Shown: in pieces, positions 1 to 10,226 of the stretch | Layout: each line of letters starts with the position of its first letter | How positions within the stretch are numbered: the first letter of the stretch is position 1 | DNA from: Candidatus Zhuqueibacterota bacterium | GTDB lineage: Bacteria; Zhuqueibacterota; Zhuqueibacteria; Thermofontimicrobiales; Thermofontimicrobiaceae | Assembly (NCBI GenBank): GCA_049322915.1 | Contig: JBMOPW010000014.1 | Location: 509,527 to 573,526, forward strand | DNA: 64,000 bases | Reading direction: 5' to 3' | The notes under the pieces: model-generated | Told to the model about the DNA's origin: nothing | The model's input: only the letters and a program-made list of their open reading frames with translations | Databases searched by the model: none | Program-made: the position numbers and the translations under genes

Positions 1-238
1 TAATGATTAGACCACCCCCCCCGCCCCCGCCCCCCCCCCCCCCCCCCACTACAGATATAAAAAAGCATCGAATTTATTGCACATGCTGTCAACTGGTCAT
101 TCATATTTCTAATGTACGTGTTATTCTGCTCTCCAGGCCAGGCGCTGTCACTTCCCGATACGGTAGTTGCCACAATTTTGTCCATCTATCCCAACGCCCT
201 TCGGCATCGGTAATCACTCACAGGATATTGTACGGCAT

Positions 239-267
239 AATATATAAAAACTCAGAGGGGTTGTCAA
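239..267 (-). promoter_or_regulatory. sigma70-type promoter facing the left window edge
   Basis: Minus strand reads TTGACA (267-262), a 17-nt spacer, then TATATT (244-239). Confidence 0.55.
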
Positions 268-352
268 TAAGTATTTTGCATCATCGGCAGAGAATTGCTG
301 CATTCAAAATTATGTCGCTCAAAATGTCGTGTTCGGCTATCAGCAGGGGATG

Positions 353-382
353 AAAAAAAAAGCGCTCCCCGGGGAGCGCTTT
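353..382 (-). terminator. intrinsic terminator of the transketolase gene
   Basis: Perfect palindrome AAAGCGCTCCCC/GGGGAGCGCTTT with an A-run on + (U-tract on -), 20 nt past the stop at 403. Confidence 0.75.
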
Positions 383-402
383 GGTGCACGTTCGAAGCCG
401 GT

Positions 403-2748
403 TTAGAGCATGGCTTTAATCCGCGTCAATCGGTGTTCCCTGTCGCGGGCAAACTTCTCGATGCCTTTGAACAGCCAATCCGGCGAGATATGCGCCTCCT
501 CGCAGAGCTCTTCCACAGACCCGCCAGTCCGCCATTTATTATCCCAATCCGATGACATGGCGTATTCTTCGGAGATTTTGCTGAACAGCCAGTCGTGCAT
601 GGTGCGTCGGGCGCCGTTGGTGATCACTGTCGAGTCGATCCAGTCGCTGTCGGAAATGATGGATTTCTGATAGCTCGCCGGCTGCATTTTGAACAGCTCG
701 TAGCTCGTCGCGGCGACCAGTTTCACGTTCAATCCAGCCTGATCCAGTTTGGGCAATATTTTAATGAGGTTGCTGGTGGTGCTGGTGCCCTGAACGAAAA
801 TCGTTCCCATTTTGGCCAGGCCCGGCTTGTAATCGCGAATGACATAGGCGCCTTTGGCCGCGTCAAAATAAGAGGCCATGCCCAGCTTGTCCCGATCCGG
901 GATTTCCACCGGCGGCCGCGTGAGATGGAGAGCGATGATGGGGACGTCTGTGGCCATTGCCGCGCCGATCATAGGCGCGACTTCGTTATGCTCCCAGGGA
1001 TAGAGGTTCAGAATCTGCCCCTCCGGAAATAGCTGGGTCACTCCCGGCGAAAAGATGCCGAAGTGGGTTCGGGAGTCCTCTGCTGTCTCCGGGCCGGAAT
1101 GGCCGGCGATCCAGAGCACTTTGCCCGTTTTTATCTCAGCATCCTGGCGCAACTGGCTGTACAGCCGCATCGCGCCGTATTTCAAGTACACGAACGAGCC
1201 ATACGTGGAGCACGCCGAATAAAATCCATTGAACTCCTCGAACGGTTTGGCTGACAGATTGACCGTGGCGATTCCAACGGAGATGCCGGCGTTGGCGAAC
1301 TCGGTGATGCCCTGAGGCAGAAGCACGCCTTTGGGATTGCTGGTTCGTTCGTAAGGTCCGAAGCCTTTGAATTCCCCATAGCCTTTGGCAAATCCGGCGA
1401 TGTTCGTTGAATCGGCCAGATCCGCGGACATGGCGATGAACAGGGGTCGGCCGTATTTTTGATGGCAGTAGGCATTGATCCACGCTCCGAATTTGGCAAG
1501 GCCGGCGCGGTTGGGCGCTTTCTCGCCCGGTTTGGCGAAGATATCGGTCGGATAATTTTTGTAGTCCGTGATAACCGGGTCGGCGATGGGATTTTTATCG
1601 AAGTTGTAGTAAAGGCTCGTCTTCTTCTCCGGCACGGCTTCGGCAAGTCCGAGCAGCGTATCGGCCACATAGTCCAGCAGCGCCTGATCCTGATCGTAGA
1701 GTTGAAATACCCGGCTCAGATTTTCCCGCGTCTGACTCAGTTTTTCATCGTTCGTCCCCGGCGCTGGTTGGCCCAATCCGACGAACTCGATGCCGTATCG
1801 TTCCGTGAAAATTTTGGTTGTGTCCCAGAAGCCCGGGCTGTTCATGGGTGTGTGCGGCGTGCCGTGAGATTTATTGTCAAATATGCCATACTCCCGGCCT
1901 TTGCGCGTTTTGAACCAGGCAAAGTTGGGCTGCTGATTTTTATTTTCCGAGTACACCATATCAAGAATTGTCCTGGTGACTGGCGCCCAGTCCATACCCT
2001 GCTCCGTGCCAAAAACCCGCCAGCCGTGCGCGCCGAACCATTCTGCCGGGGCGCCGGAGACGATGCTGCTCATGCGGTGATCGTCGATGCCGTAGTCATT
2101 CCAGTCCAATAAAAAGAACAGATTGTTCAGTCCCAATCCCCAGGCCGAATTCTGCGTTTCGTGGGTGACGCCGGTGGTTGCGCCGCCTTCGCCTTCAATG
2201 GCAAACACACGGATGTCGTGGGCGCCGGCGAGTTTCAGCGCCATGGCTTCGCCAGCGGCGACCGGAGTGCCGTGTCCGGACGGGCCTGTATTGAATTTCA
2301 GGAACATGGTTTTTCCGGCCATTTCAGCATGACCGGGCAGGCCCCCGTTGTGGCGCAGTGTGAGCAAATCCTCCCAATACAGGGCGGTCGTTGCATCGTT
2401 GGCGATTTGGTATTTTTTATCCCCGGTCTGTTTGAATTTTCTTCTCAGGGCTTCGTTCAAAACCGCCAGCGCTGCATACACCAAAGGAATCGTATGGCCG
2501 GCGACGAGGATAAATCGGTCGGCAAAACGTTTCTCCGGATTTCGGATATCATAGCGCATGACGCCGCTGAGCATGGTTGCAAGCAGCATGTGTACTTTCG
2601 AGCGAGAACCTCCGGGATGTCCGCTCTGGCGCAGGTTGAGCATCACGTCGATGCATTGATCCACCATGTCCTTGATTTTTTCCCATTGCGGAAAAAACTT
2701 TTCCATATTGTGATACATCTGTTCAATTGATTGGGAGGAAGAACTCAT
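403..2748 (-). CDS. tkt: transketolase (long, divergent type)
   Basis: SGHPGGS, DRFILVAGH, LPGH and TGPSGHG motifs; TPP motif reads EGEGG...DWN; SADLADS and GITEF; HSGPETAEDSRTH corresponds to H..GEDGPTH. Confidence 0.85.
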   Translation of the reverse strand: MSSSSQSIEQMYHNMEKFFPQWEKIKDMVDQCIDVMLNLRQSGHPGGSRSKVHMLLATMLSGVMRYDIRNPEKRFADRFILVAGHTIPLVYAALAVLNEALRRKFKQTGDKKYQIANDATTALYWEDLLTLRHNGGLPGHAEMAGKTMFLKFNTGPSGHGTPVAAGEAMALKLAGAHDIRVFAIEGEGGATTGVTHETQNSAWGLGLNNLFFLLDWNDYGIDDHRMSSIVSGAPAEWFGAHGWRVFGTEQGMDWAPVTRTILDMVYSENKNQQPNFAWFKTRKGREYGIFDNKSHGTPHTPMNSPGFWDTTKIFTERYGIEFVGLGQPAPGTNDEKLSQTRENLSRVFQLYDQDQALLDYVADTLLGLAEAVPEKKTSLYYNFDKNPIADPVITDYKNYPTDIFAKPGEKAPNRAGLAKFGAWINAYCHQKYGRPLFIAMSADLADSTNIAGFAKGYGEFKGFGPYERTSNPKGVLLPQGITEFANAGISVGIATVNLSAKPFEEFNGFYSACSTYGSFVYLKYGAMRLYSQLRQDAEIKTGKVLWIAGHSGPETAEDSRTHFGIFSPGVTQLFPEGQILNLYPWEHNEVAPMIGAAMATDVPIIALHLTRPPVEIPDRDKLGMASYFDAAKGAYVIRDYKPGLAKMGTIFVQGTSTTSNLIKILPKLDQAGLNVKLVAATSYELFKMQPASYQKSIISDSDWIDSTVITNGARRTMHDWLFSKISEEYAMSSDWDNKWRTGGSVEELCEEAHISPDWLFKGIEKFARDREHRLTRIKAML

Positions 2749-3103
2749 TTCTATTCTCCGTTTTTGTGATGGGTTAGAATAATTATAAACAGCTTTGCTA
2801 CTTTTATGTAATATTATTCCAAATTTAATGGGTTCAAAGTAATCATAATAAATGAAATTTTCAACTATTTTTTCAATGTCAAAGGAGAATATGACAGAAT
2901 AATAATATGGCGGATGCGACGGAAAAAGGCTCTCTCCATTGGCGCGAATCGCCGCGCAGTTTCGCGGCCGGGCATTGCCGGACTACTGCCCGGTTTTCCC
3001 TGAACAATGCAGGAATGAAACAGAACCGGAGACAGAGCAGAATGGCTGTACGATGGCTGTAAAAATGAAAAGCGAAATTTCCGGAAAGCCGTACCGATAG
3101 AAA

Positions 3104-4138
3104 TCAAAGATCAATCATGGCTTTCATCACGCCGTCACGATAACCGGCGGCCAATTCGAATGCTTGCGCCGCGGATTCGAACTGGAAATGATGGGTGACC
3201 AGAAAATCGATGCGGATGGCGCTGCTGACGATGGCATCGATGGCCGGCTGCACGCAGTCATTCTGGCGTCGCACGTGGTAGATGGACAGCTCCTTGCGCC
3301 GCAGCTTACCGGCGTCAAATGAAATCCGATCCTCGTCCGGAATGCCGGCGACGATCAATTTCCCGCCCGGTTTCAGCAGATCAATCGCCTGATCCAGCGC
3401 CTCCTGCTGGCCGCAGCATTCGAACACCGCGTCCAGACCGGCCGGCTCGATCCGGCTGACAGCGGTGACAATATCCGATGTCTCCGGATTGGCCGTCCAA
3501 ACCGGAATAGCAGCCCGCACCAGTTCCAATCGCGCATCGATTTTATCCGTGGCGTAAATCCGATCGACGCCGGCAGCCCGGGCCGCCAGTGAAACGCATG
3601 TTCCGATGGGGCCTGCTCCCAGAACGGCGATGGCCTGGGTTTCGGGCGCATTCAGGAACCGAACGGCGTACATGCCAATTGAAAGCGGCTCCACCAGCGC
3701 AGCCTGGACATGAGTCATCGACTCCGGGATTTTGTAGCAGCTTTCTTGCGGCATGACCAGATATTCGGACAGGCAGCCGTGCATCTGGCCGGGACAGCCC
3801 AAAAACGCGAGGCGTCGGCAGGTGTGGCGCCGTCCGGCCAGACACTGATCGCAGCGCTGGCAGGAGACGGCCGGATCGACTGCCACCCGATCTCCGATGC
3901 ACAGCCGATTCACGCTCTTTCCTGCAGCAATTACCGTCGCAGAACATTCATGCCCGATCGTGTAGGGGAATTGGACAACCTGATCGCCGATTCGCCCGGT
4001 GCGGTAATAGTGAACATCCGAGCCGCACACGCCTACGCAATTGATTTTCAACAGGACATCTGCATCGCTTTGGATTTCAGGATCAGGTCGATTCACAATT
4101 TCCAGCGAGCGAATGCCGGTCAGCATGAGAGATTTCAT
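3104..4138 (-). CDS. Zn-dependent polyol dehydrogenase (sorbitol/xylitol/L-iditol DH-like, MDR family)
   Basis: GVCGSDVH, GHE, structural Zn site CxxCxxC...C, GAGPIG Rossmann motif, VEPLS. Confidence 0.85.
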   Translation of the reverse strand: MKSLMLTGIRSLEIVNRPDPEIQSDADVLLKINCVGVCGSDVHYYRTGRIGDQVVQFPYTIGHECSATVIAAGKSVNRLCIGDRVAVDPAVSCQRCDQCLAGRRHTCRRLAFLGCPGQMHGCLSEYLVMPQESCYKIPESMTHVQAALVEPLSIGMYAVRFLNAPETQAIAVLGAGPIGTCVSLAARAAGVDRIYATDKIDARLELVRAAIPVWTANPETSDIVTAVSRIEPAGLDAVFECCGQQEALDQAIDLLKPGGKLIVAGIPDEDRISFDAGKLRRKELSIYHVRRQNDCVQPAIDAIVSSAIRIDFLVTHHFQFESAAQAFELAAGYRDGVMKAMIDL

Positions 4139-4164
4139 TCAATCCGCATTCGAATAAGTTTTTC

Positions 4165-5964
4165 TCAACCGGTGAAATAAAGGTACGCGGCCAAAATCAG
4201 CGCCAGGACAATGCCTGAACTGATGACATCTCTTGCATTCCAGCTTGACCGCGAAATTTTGTAATCCTCAGTCGACGTGGTGGCATAGGTCAGGCCGCTG
4301 ATTTTTTCATACGCCGGCTTTTCGGTCATGTAGCTGACGGCGATCATCACGGCCACACTGACCAGGAAAATCAACAGGCTGTAGTACTGGAAGAAGATAT
4401 TATTCATCACCCAGAAGAACGAGCCGTGCTCGTAGCTGAAGTTGTTCATCACTTTGACCGGCGTGTCGATGGCCATGCGGAACAGGCCTAAAATGAATCC
4501 GACGACCAGTGCTGACAGGCAGCCCTTACTATTCAGCCGTTTGTTGAATACTCCGAAAAAGAAGACGACGAAGATGGGAGGCGCCAGATACGATTGCACT
4601 CCCTGCAGATAATCGTACAACCCTTTGCCCCCTCGGATCACCGGAATCCACAACAGTCCGATCAGCACCATCACCGCAGTAGCCATGCGCCCGATCCAGA
4701 CCAGTTGCTGCTGACTCGCTTTGGGTTCCAGTCGCGAGTAAAAATCCATGGTGAACAGCGTCGATGACGCGTTGAAGACGCCGGCCAGTGAGCTCATGAG
4801 CGCGGCCAGCAAGCCAGCGACGACCATGCCGCGGACCCCGACCGGCAGCACTTTGGCGACGAGCAATGGGAACGCTTGCTGGGCATTCTCCCGAATGATG
4901 TTGCCGTTGGCATCCAGCAGCGTTTCCTGAATCGCCGGGAAGCTCCCGCTTTTGGCCAGCGCGAAACTGATCATCCCGGGAATGATGAAAATGAACACCG
5001 GCAGCAGTTTGAAGAATGCCGCCGCAATCGAACCGCGACGGGCTTCCCGTTCGTTGGGAGCGCCCAGAGTGCGCTGCACAATGTATTGGTCTGTGCACCA
5101 GTACCACAAGCCAATAATTGGCGCGCAGAACAGCATGCCCAGCCAGGGATAATTATCATTGAAGTACCAGGCCATCCGGCCAGCCTCTTTCACCGGCGCC
5201 CAGGTGCCCTGAATGCCGTCCGGCACCAGCGGCTTCCACAGGTTGAACATTTCCGAACCGGCCAGCACGCGCAATCGGGACCAGCCTTCGGCAACGGCAG
5301 CGCCGAATCCGAACTCCTGTCCTGCGCCGTGTCCCAACGCGGACAGGCCGAAAAGTGTCACCAGGAACGAACCGATGACCAATATGATCGTTTGCATCGC
5401 TTCGGTATAGGCGACAGCGCGCAGGCCGCCGACGATGGTGTACAATCCGGTCAGCACGATGACGAGGATCGAACCGATCCAGAAGCTGTCCATTCCTATA
5501 AAATTGAGATCTGGCAAAAGCACGCTGAACACGATGCCTCCGGCGAAAATGCCCACGGCAATTTTGGTCAGCACATAGGCGACGAGCGAAATCAGCGAGA
5601 GCACGGTTCGCGCTAATGGAGAAAACCGGCGCTCCAGAAATTCGGGCATGGTGAACACCTTAGAGCGCATGTAAAACGGGACCATCACCCAACCGAGAAC
5701 CAGCAAACACCACGCGTGCAATTCGTAATGCGCCATGGCAACACCGTCCGTGGCGCCGGAACCGGCCAGTCCGACAAGATGCTCGGACCCGATATTGGAC
5801 GCAAAGATCGATGCGCCAATCACAAACCAGCCCAGATGCCGGCCAGCCAGAAAGTAATCGGATGTGGTATTTTGTTTTTGTTTAATCACCCACCACGCAA
5901 TGCCCAGAATGATGATGAAATAGAAGGCGACAATCAGCCAATCGATTGTACTGAGAGCAGACAT
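4165..5964 (-). CDS. sodium:solute symporter (SSS/SLC5, sugar/polyol type)
   Basis: DYFLAGR, SIFASNIGSEH, FTMPEFLERRF, WYWCTDQYIVQR; many TM helices; AGGAG RBS. Confidence 0.92.
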   Translation of the reverse strand: MSALSTIDWLIVAFYFIIILGIAWWVIKQKQNTTSDYFLAGRHLGWFVIGASIFASNIGSEHLVGLAGSGATDGVAMAHYELHAWCLLVLGWVMVPFYMRSKVFTMPEFLERRFSPLARTVLSLISLVAYVLTKIAVGIFAGGIVFSVLLPDLNFIGMDSFWIGSILVIVLTGLYTIVGGLRAVAYTEAMQTIILVIGSFLVTLFGLSALGHGAGQEFGFGAAVAEGWSRLRVLAGSEMFNLWKPLVPDGIQGTWAPVKEAGRMAWYFNDNYPWLGMLFCAPIIGLWYWCTDQYIVQRTLGAPNEREARRGSIAAAFFKLLPVFIFIIPGMISFALAKSGSFPAIQETLLDANGNIIRENAQQAFPLLVAKVLPVGVRGMVVAGLLAALMSSLAGVFNASSTLFTMDFYSRLEPKASQQQLVWIGRMATAVMVLIGLLWIPVIRGGKGLYDYLQGVQSYLAPPIFVVFFFGVFNKRLNSKGCLSALVVGFILGLFRMAIDTPVKVMNNFSYEHGSFFWVMNNIFFQYYSLLIFLVSVAVMIAVSYMTEKPAYEKISGLTYATTSTEDYKISRSSWNARDVISSGIVLALILAAYLYFTG

Positions 5965-6281
5965 TGTTTCTCCTCATGTTAAATGTAAGAGCTTGCTGGT
6001 AAACCGTCATTTAATCAGATCTGAGCGGCTGGCAGCCGGGGAAGATTTCTGATCCGGAGAGAGAGCGAGAGCCCGCACCGAAAAGGAATGCGCCCCGGCG
6101 CGACTGGCCGTTTTAGCTTCATGAATTATCTTCGTTTCCAACAGCAATATCATTCGCAAGAGATGTGCGCTGATTTGGTTTATTCGATGAAACCCCCGGC
6201 ATGGATTCCGACTGCTTCCATCACGGACTGTCAGGGAAAAATAATTCACCCGGCTGACGGCCCCAACGCGAGTGGCGCTTG

Positions 6282-6992
6282 TCACTTTTGTCCATAGTAG
6301 GCATTCTGACCGTGCTTGCGCGAATAATGTTTCTGAATCAGCGTTTCTTTCAACCTCGGCAGTTCCGGATCAATGTGCAGTGTAAGCAGCGCCATTTTAG
6401 CCAGTTCTTCGAGAATGACGCAGTTATACACCGCCTTTTCCGGCGTTCTGCCCCACGCAAATGGGCCGTGGCCGGCGACGAGCACCATTTCCACTTCCTG
6501 GTAGGAGTGATGCTCAAATACCTTCAGTATCTGGTTGCCGGTTTCGATCTCATAGTCCCCCAGAATTTTCTCATCAGGCATGAACTTGGTGCAGGGAATA
6601 TCGGTATGGCAGTGGTCAGCGTGAGTTGTGCCCAGAATGGGGATCGGTTGCGCTGCCTGTGCCCAGGCCACGGCGTAAGTCGAATGGGTATGAACCACGC
6701 CTCCGATCTCAGGGAAACTGCGGTATAACACCAGATGCGTTTTGGTATCCGATGAGGGATTGAGTTCGCCCTCCACCACATTCCCGTCGAGATCCACGAT
6801 GACGATCTGGTCCGGTGTAAGCGACGCGTAATCCACGCCGCTCGGTTTGATCGCGATGACGCCTTTGCTCCGATCAATGGCGCTGGCATTGCCAAATGAA
6901 AATCGCACCACATGGTGTTTCGGCAATTCCATGTTGCAGTCGTACACCTGACGTTTCATTTTTTCGAAATCGCTCATGGTTGAATTTTCCAT
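6282..6992 (-). CDS. araD: L-ribulose-5-phosphate 4-epimerase
   Basis: FGNAS, IKPSGVDY, PSSDTKTH, GGVVHTHS, GTTHADH, HGPFAWG, C-terminal RKHGQNAYYGQ. Confidence 0.95.
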   Translation of the reverse strand: MENSTMSDFEKMKRQVYDCNMELPKHHVVRFSFGNASAIDRSKGVIAIKPSGVDYASLTPDQIVIVDLDGNVVEGELNPSSDTKTHLVLYRSFPEIGGVVHTHSTYAVAWAQAAQPIPILGTTHADHCHTDIPCTKFMPDEKILGDYEIETGNQILKVFEHHSYQEVEMVLVAGHGPFAWGRTPEKAVYNCVILEELAKMALLTLHIDPELPRLKETLIQKHYSRKHGQNAYYGQK

Positions 6993-7032
6993 ATTGGGAC
7001 ATATCGCGGCTCAGCCGCCCTCTGCGCCTGAA

Positions 7033-8715
7033 TTACAAAGTGAATTGATTTTCAATAAACCCGCACAGGGTCGAGTATCGTCTGTAAATGGCGCTATATT
7101 TTTTCGCGTTGTCAGCATTGGGGGAATAGATTTTTTCAAAGCCGCCGCCCATGGCTTTTTGCGCGGCCTGCATATTCGGATAAATGCCGGCGGCCGTGGC
7201 AGCAGCCATGGCCGAACCCAGCGCCACAGCCTGGTCCGAGGCCGCGACGTTGATGGGCATATTCAGCACATCCGCTGTGACCTGCATGACGAACGGCGAT
7301 TTTTTGGGGATTCCGCCAATGGCAATCACGCCCCGGATTTCGACGCCCTCGTCGATGAAGCGATCGATGATTTTTTTTGCGCCAAACGCTGTGGCTTCCA
7401 CCAGCGCGCGGAAAATTCGCGGCGCATCCGATCCCAGACTCAGCCCGATGATGGCGCCTTTGAGCGCCTGATTGGCGTCCGGGGTGCGCCGGCCATTCAT
7501 CCAATCCAGGGCCAGGACGCCGGTTTCATCAATGGGCGCGAGAGCTGCCTGTTCGGACAGGGCCGGGATAAGGCTGTCGGCCATCTCGTCCATCAGTTTC
7601 ATTTTGGATGCCTCGTCGATTGAAGTAATTCCGGGCAGAATATTTTGCAGCGGCCAGAGCAGCACATCCCTGAACCAGGCGTAAATATCGCCAAATGCCG
7701 ACTGGCCGGCTTCCATCCCGAGTACGCCGGGAATGATGGAGCCATCCACCTGGCCGCAGATGCCTTTAACCAGAAATTCACCCTGCGCAGGTATTTCGGT
7801 GGTAATCATGTCGCACGTGGATGTGCCCATCACTTTGACTAACATGTTCGGCTCGATCTCCGCTCCCACAGCGCCGAAATGCGCGTCAAAAGCGCCCACG
7901 CCCACAATCACGTCGGTGGACAGCCCCAACTGATCGGCCCATTCTTCAGTGAGATTTCCCACCGGCGTATCGCCGGTGAATGTGTCGACGTACAACCGGG
8001 ACCTGAGCCCGGCCAGGAGCGGGTCCAGTCCGGTGAGAAATTCCTCCGAAGGCAAACCATTCCACGACGCATGCCACATGGCCTTGTGCCCGGCGGCGCA
8101 ACGGCTGCGTTTCAACGTCAGGGGATTGGTGCTGCCGGTGATGAGCGCCGGCATCCAGTCGCAGTGCTCGACCCAGGAAAAGGCTGATTGGCGGACGGCC
8201 GGATCGACTCTCAGAATGTGGAGAATCTTTGACCAGAACCATTCGGAGGAATAGATTCCTCCCTCAAATTTTGTAAAATCCTCGCCTCCCCAGGTGTGAG
8301 CGAGGCGGTTGATCTCCTCGGCCTCTTTGACGCCGGTGTGGTCTTTCCAGAGGACGAACATGGCATTGGGATTGTCCCCGAATCCCGGCGTCAAAGCCAG
8401 GGGCGTGCCGTTTTTATCGACGGCGCACGGTGTTGACCCGGTGGTGTCAATTGTAATGCCCTTGATTTTTGCGGCGGTTCCGGTCGGCGCCTTTGCCAGG
8501 GCGCCTTTCACCGTAGCCACCAATCCCTCAATGTAATCCCCCGGGTGCTGGCGAAACTGGTTTCGGGAGGCATCGCAAAACTTGCCATCTTTCCAGCGGG
8601 GATAATGGAACACGTCAGAGGCGATTTCAGCGCCATCGGCCGCGTCGACAATGATGGCTCGCACGGAGTCCGTTCCGTAGTCAATTCCGATCACAAAATT
8701 CTGGTTCCTGTTCAT
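7033..8715 (-). CDS. araB: L-ribulokinase (FGGY kinase)
   Basis: GIDYGTDSVRA, LWKDHT, GGIYSSEWFWSK, RSRCAAGHKAMW, GAFDAH, GICGQVDGS, LDWMNGRRTP. Confidence 0.95.
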   Translation of the reverse strand: MNRNQNFVIGIDYGTDSVRAIIVDAADGAEIASDVFHYPRWKDGKFCDASRNQFRQHPGDYIEGLVATVKGALAKAPTGTAAKIKGITIDTTGSTPCAVDKNGTPLALTPGFGDNPNAMFVLWKDHTGVKEAEEINRLAHTWGGEDFTKFEGGIYSSEWFWSKILHILRVDPAVRQSAFSWVEHCDWMPALITGSTNPLTLKRSRCAAGHKAMWHASWNGLPSEEFLTGLDPLLAGLRSRLYVDTFTGDTPVGNLTEEWADQLGLSTDVIVGVGAFDAHFGAVGAEIEPNMLVKVMGTSTCDMITTEIPAQGEFLVKGICGQVDGSIIPGVLGMEAGQSAFGDIYAWFRDVLLWPLQNILPGITSIDEASKMKLMDEMADSLIPALSEQAALAPIDETGVLALDWMNGRRTPDANQALKGAIIGLSLGSDAPRIFRALVEATAFGAKKIIDRFIDEGVEIRGVIAIGGIPKKSPFVMQVTADVLNMPINVAASDQAVALGSAMAAATAAGIYPNMQAAQKAMGGGFEKIYSPNADNAKKYSAIYRRYSTLCGFIENQFTL

Positions 8716-8926
8716 TTCATACCCTTAATAATGATTCAGTGAATATAATTTTTGTCGTGGTTGAAAAAGAGCGCCGGGGCGGATTCAGCATTCGAAGCGC
8801 CGGCAATGGATTGAAAGTAGTGTCGAACAAAGAAATCGGTTGAGGACTGTAAGGATTGCATAACTGTTTTTTCATGTTCCGAATGAAAATTGAATTTCGG
8901 TCAATCTCAAAGGCGAATAAAGTGTG

Positions 8927-8959
8927 TTATCAATATAATGAATTTGATAATTAAGTCAA
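8927..8959 (-). promoter_or_regulatory. putative promoter of the araB cluster with overlapping inverted repeat
   Basis: Minus strand TTGACT-N16-TATATT (8959-8932), overlapped by TTATCAA-N10-TTGATAA (8927-8950). Confidence 0.45.
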
Positions 8960-9014
8960 GTTGAAAATGTCATTTTTTTTTCGAAGAAGCCCATGAGGCG
9001 CAGACTTCGCGCGA

Positions 9015-9977
9015 TCACATATTTTTCAGGGATTCGAAAAAGCTGTTGAAATCGACATTGCCTCCGGAGAAAATGATGCCAACTTTTTTATGAGCCACTG
9101 CCACTTTGTTGGAAAAAACCACTGCCGCCGGCACTGCCGAGGATGGCTCGATAATGATCTTCATTCGCTCAAAAATCAACCGCATGGCAGCGATGATTTC
9201 CTCCTCAGTGGCCAGGGCAATTTCGTCGACAAAATCGCGGATGATGGGAAATGTCCTGTCCCCGAGTGACGTCCGCAAGCCGTCGGCGATTGTTTTGGCG
9301 TTTGTTGGCGGAAAGATTCTGCCCTCCTGTTTGGAGTGAAACGCGTCGTCCGCGTTGCAGGGTTCGCCGGCGACCACCCGAATTTTTGGATTCAGCGATT
9401 TTGCCGCGATAGCAGTGCCGCTGATCAATCCGCCGCCGCCGACCGGAGCGAGGATGATGTCCAGGTCCGGCGCCTCTTCCAGCAATTCCAGCGCTGCCGT
9501 GCCCTGGCCGGCGATGATCCGGTAATCGTTGAACGGGTGAATCATCAAGGCGCCGGTCGTGTCGATGATCTGCTGCGCCGTGTCCTCGCGCGATTTGAGC
9601 GTGGGTTCACAAAACGTGATGACGCCGCCATAGTTTTTCACCGCAGCGATTTTCACGCCGGGCGCGTTGGACGGCATCACGATATAGGCTGTGATGCCGC
9701 GTTGTCTCGCTGCCAGCGCCAATGCCGCAGCGTGATTGCCGGAGGAATGGGTGACAACGCCGTTCTTTGCCTCTTCGTCGCTGAGCGAAAAAATCGTATT
9801 GCTGGCGCCGCGAAATTTGAACGCGCCCACTTTCTGGAAATTTTCACATTTGAAATAAAGCTGACTGTTAGTCATTTCGTTCAACGAAGCATTGGTGAGC
9901 ACGGGAGTTTTATGAATGTACGGCTTGATCCTGCCGTGAGCTTCCCGAATATCGCGTAAGGTAGGTTGGTTTGCCAC
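9015..9977 (-). CDS. PLP-dependent serine/threonine dehydratase / serine racemase-like (fold type II, no regulatory domain)
   Basis: FKCENFQKVGAFKFRGA, HSSGNHA, PVGGGGL, EPSSA, SGGNVD; GTG start with AAGGAG RBS. Confidence 0.9.
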   Translation of the reverse strand: MANQPTLRDIREAHGRIKPYIHKTPVLTNASLNEMTNSQLYFKCENFQKVGAFKFRGASNTIFSLSDEEAKNGVVTHSSGNHAAALALAARQRGITAYIVMPSNAPGVKIAAVKNYGGVITFCEPTLKSREDTAQQIIDTTGALMIHPFNDYRIIAGQGTAALELLEEAPDLDIILAPVGGGGLISGTAIAAKSLNPKIRVVAGEPCNADDAFHSKQEGRIFPPTNAKTIADGLRTSLGDRTFPIIRDFVDEIALATEEEIIAAMRLIFERMKIIIEPSSAVPAAVVFSNKVAVAHKKVGIIFSGGNVDFNSFFESLKNM

Positions 9978-10072
9978 GTTTGTTTTCTCCTTAAATTCTC
10001 ACTATTCGGAAACCGTGAATTTTGTTCACGACTTCCTGGAAAAATAGAAATGGACTTGAAAGAAAATTTTAT

Positions 10073-10220
10073 GTAGCCGTTCAGAGGTTCCGGATTCAGC
10101 GCTCTCGGTTGGGGTTATAGCTGTGGTTGCTCGAAACATTTTTTATGCTCAATTAGTTCGTCATCAACGATACGTTATCATTAACCTTTAACCCTGAACG
10201 ATGAACCTGTGAACGGTTAC
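10073..10220. mobile_element. MITE (148 bp) with IS66-like ends
   Basis: Terminal inverted repeats GTAGCCGTTCAGAGGTTC / GAACCTGTGAACGGTTAC (16/18), flanked by an exact 8-bp direct repeat AATTTTAT (10065-10072, 10221-10228); no ORF. Confidence 0.75.
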
Positions 10221-10226
10221 AATTTT

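Noticed and set aside
1..50. Poly-C run giving a polyproline ORF (3..353)
   Set aside because: Homopolymer at the sequence edge, typical of a contig-end or poly-G sequencing artefact; the rest of the ORF has no coding character
5965..6281. Gap between araD and the symporter as an araA remnant
   Set aside because: No AraA-like peptide recognised in the frames examined
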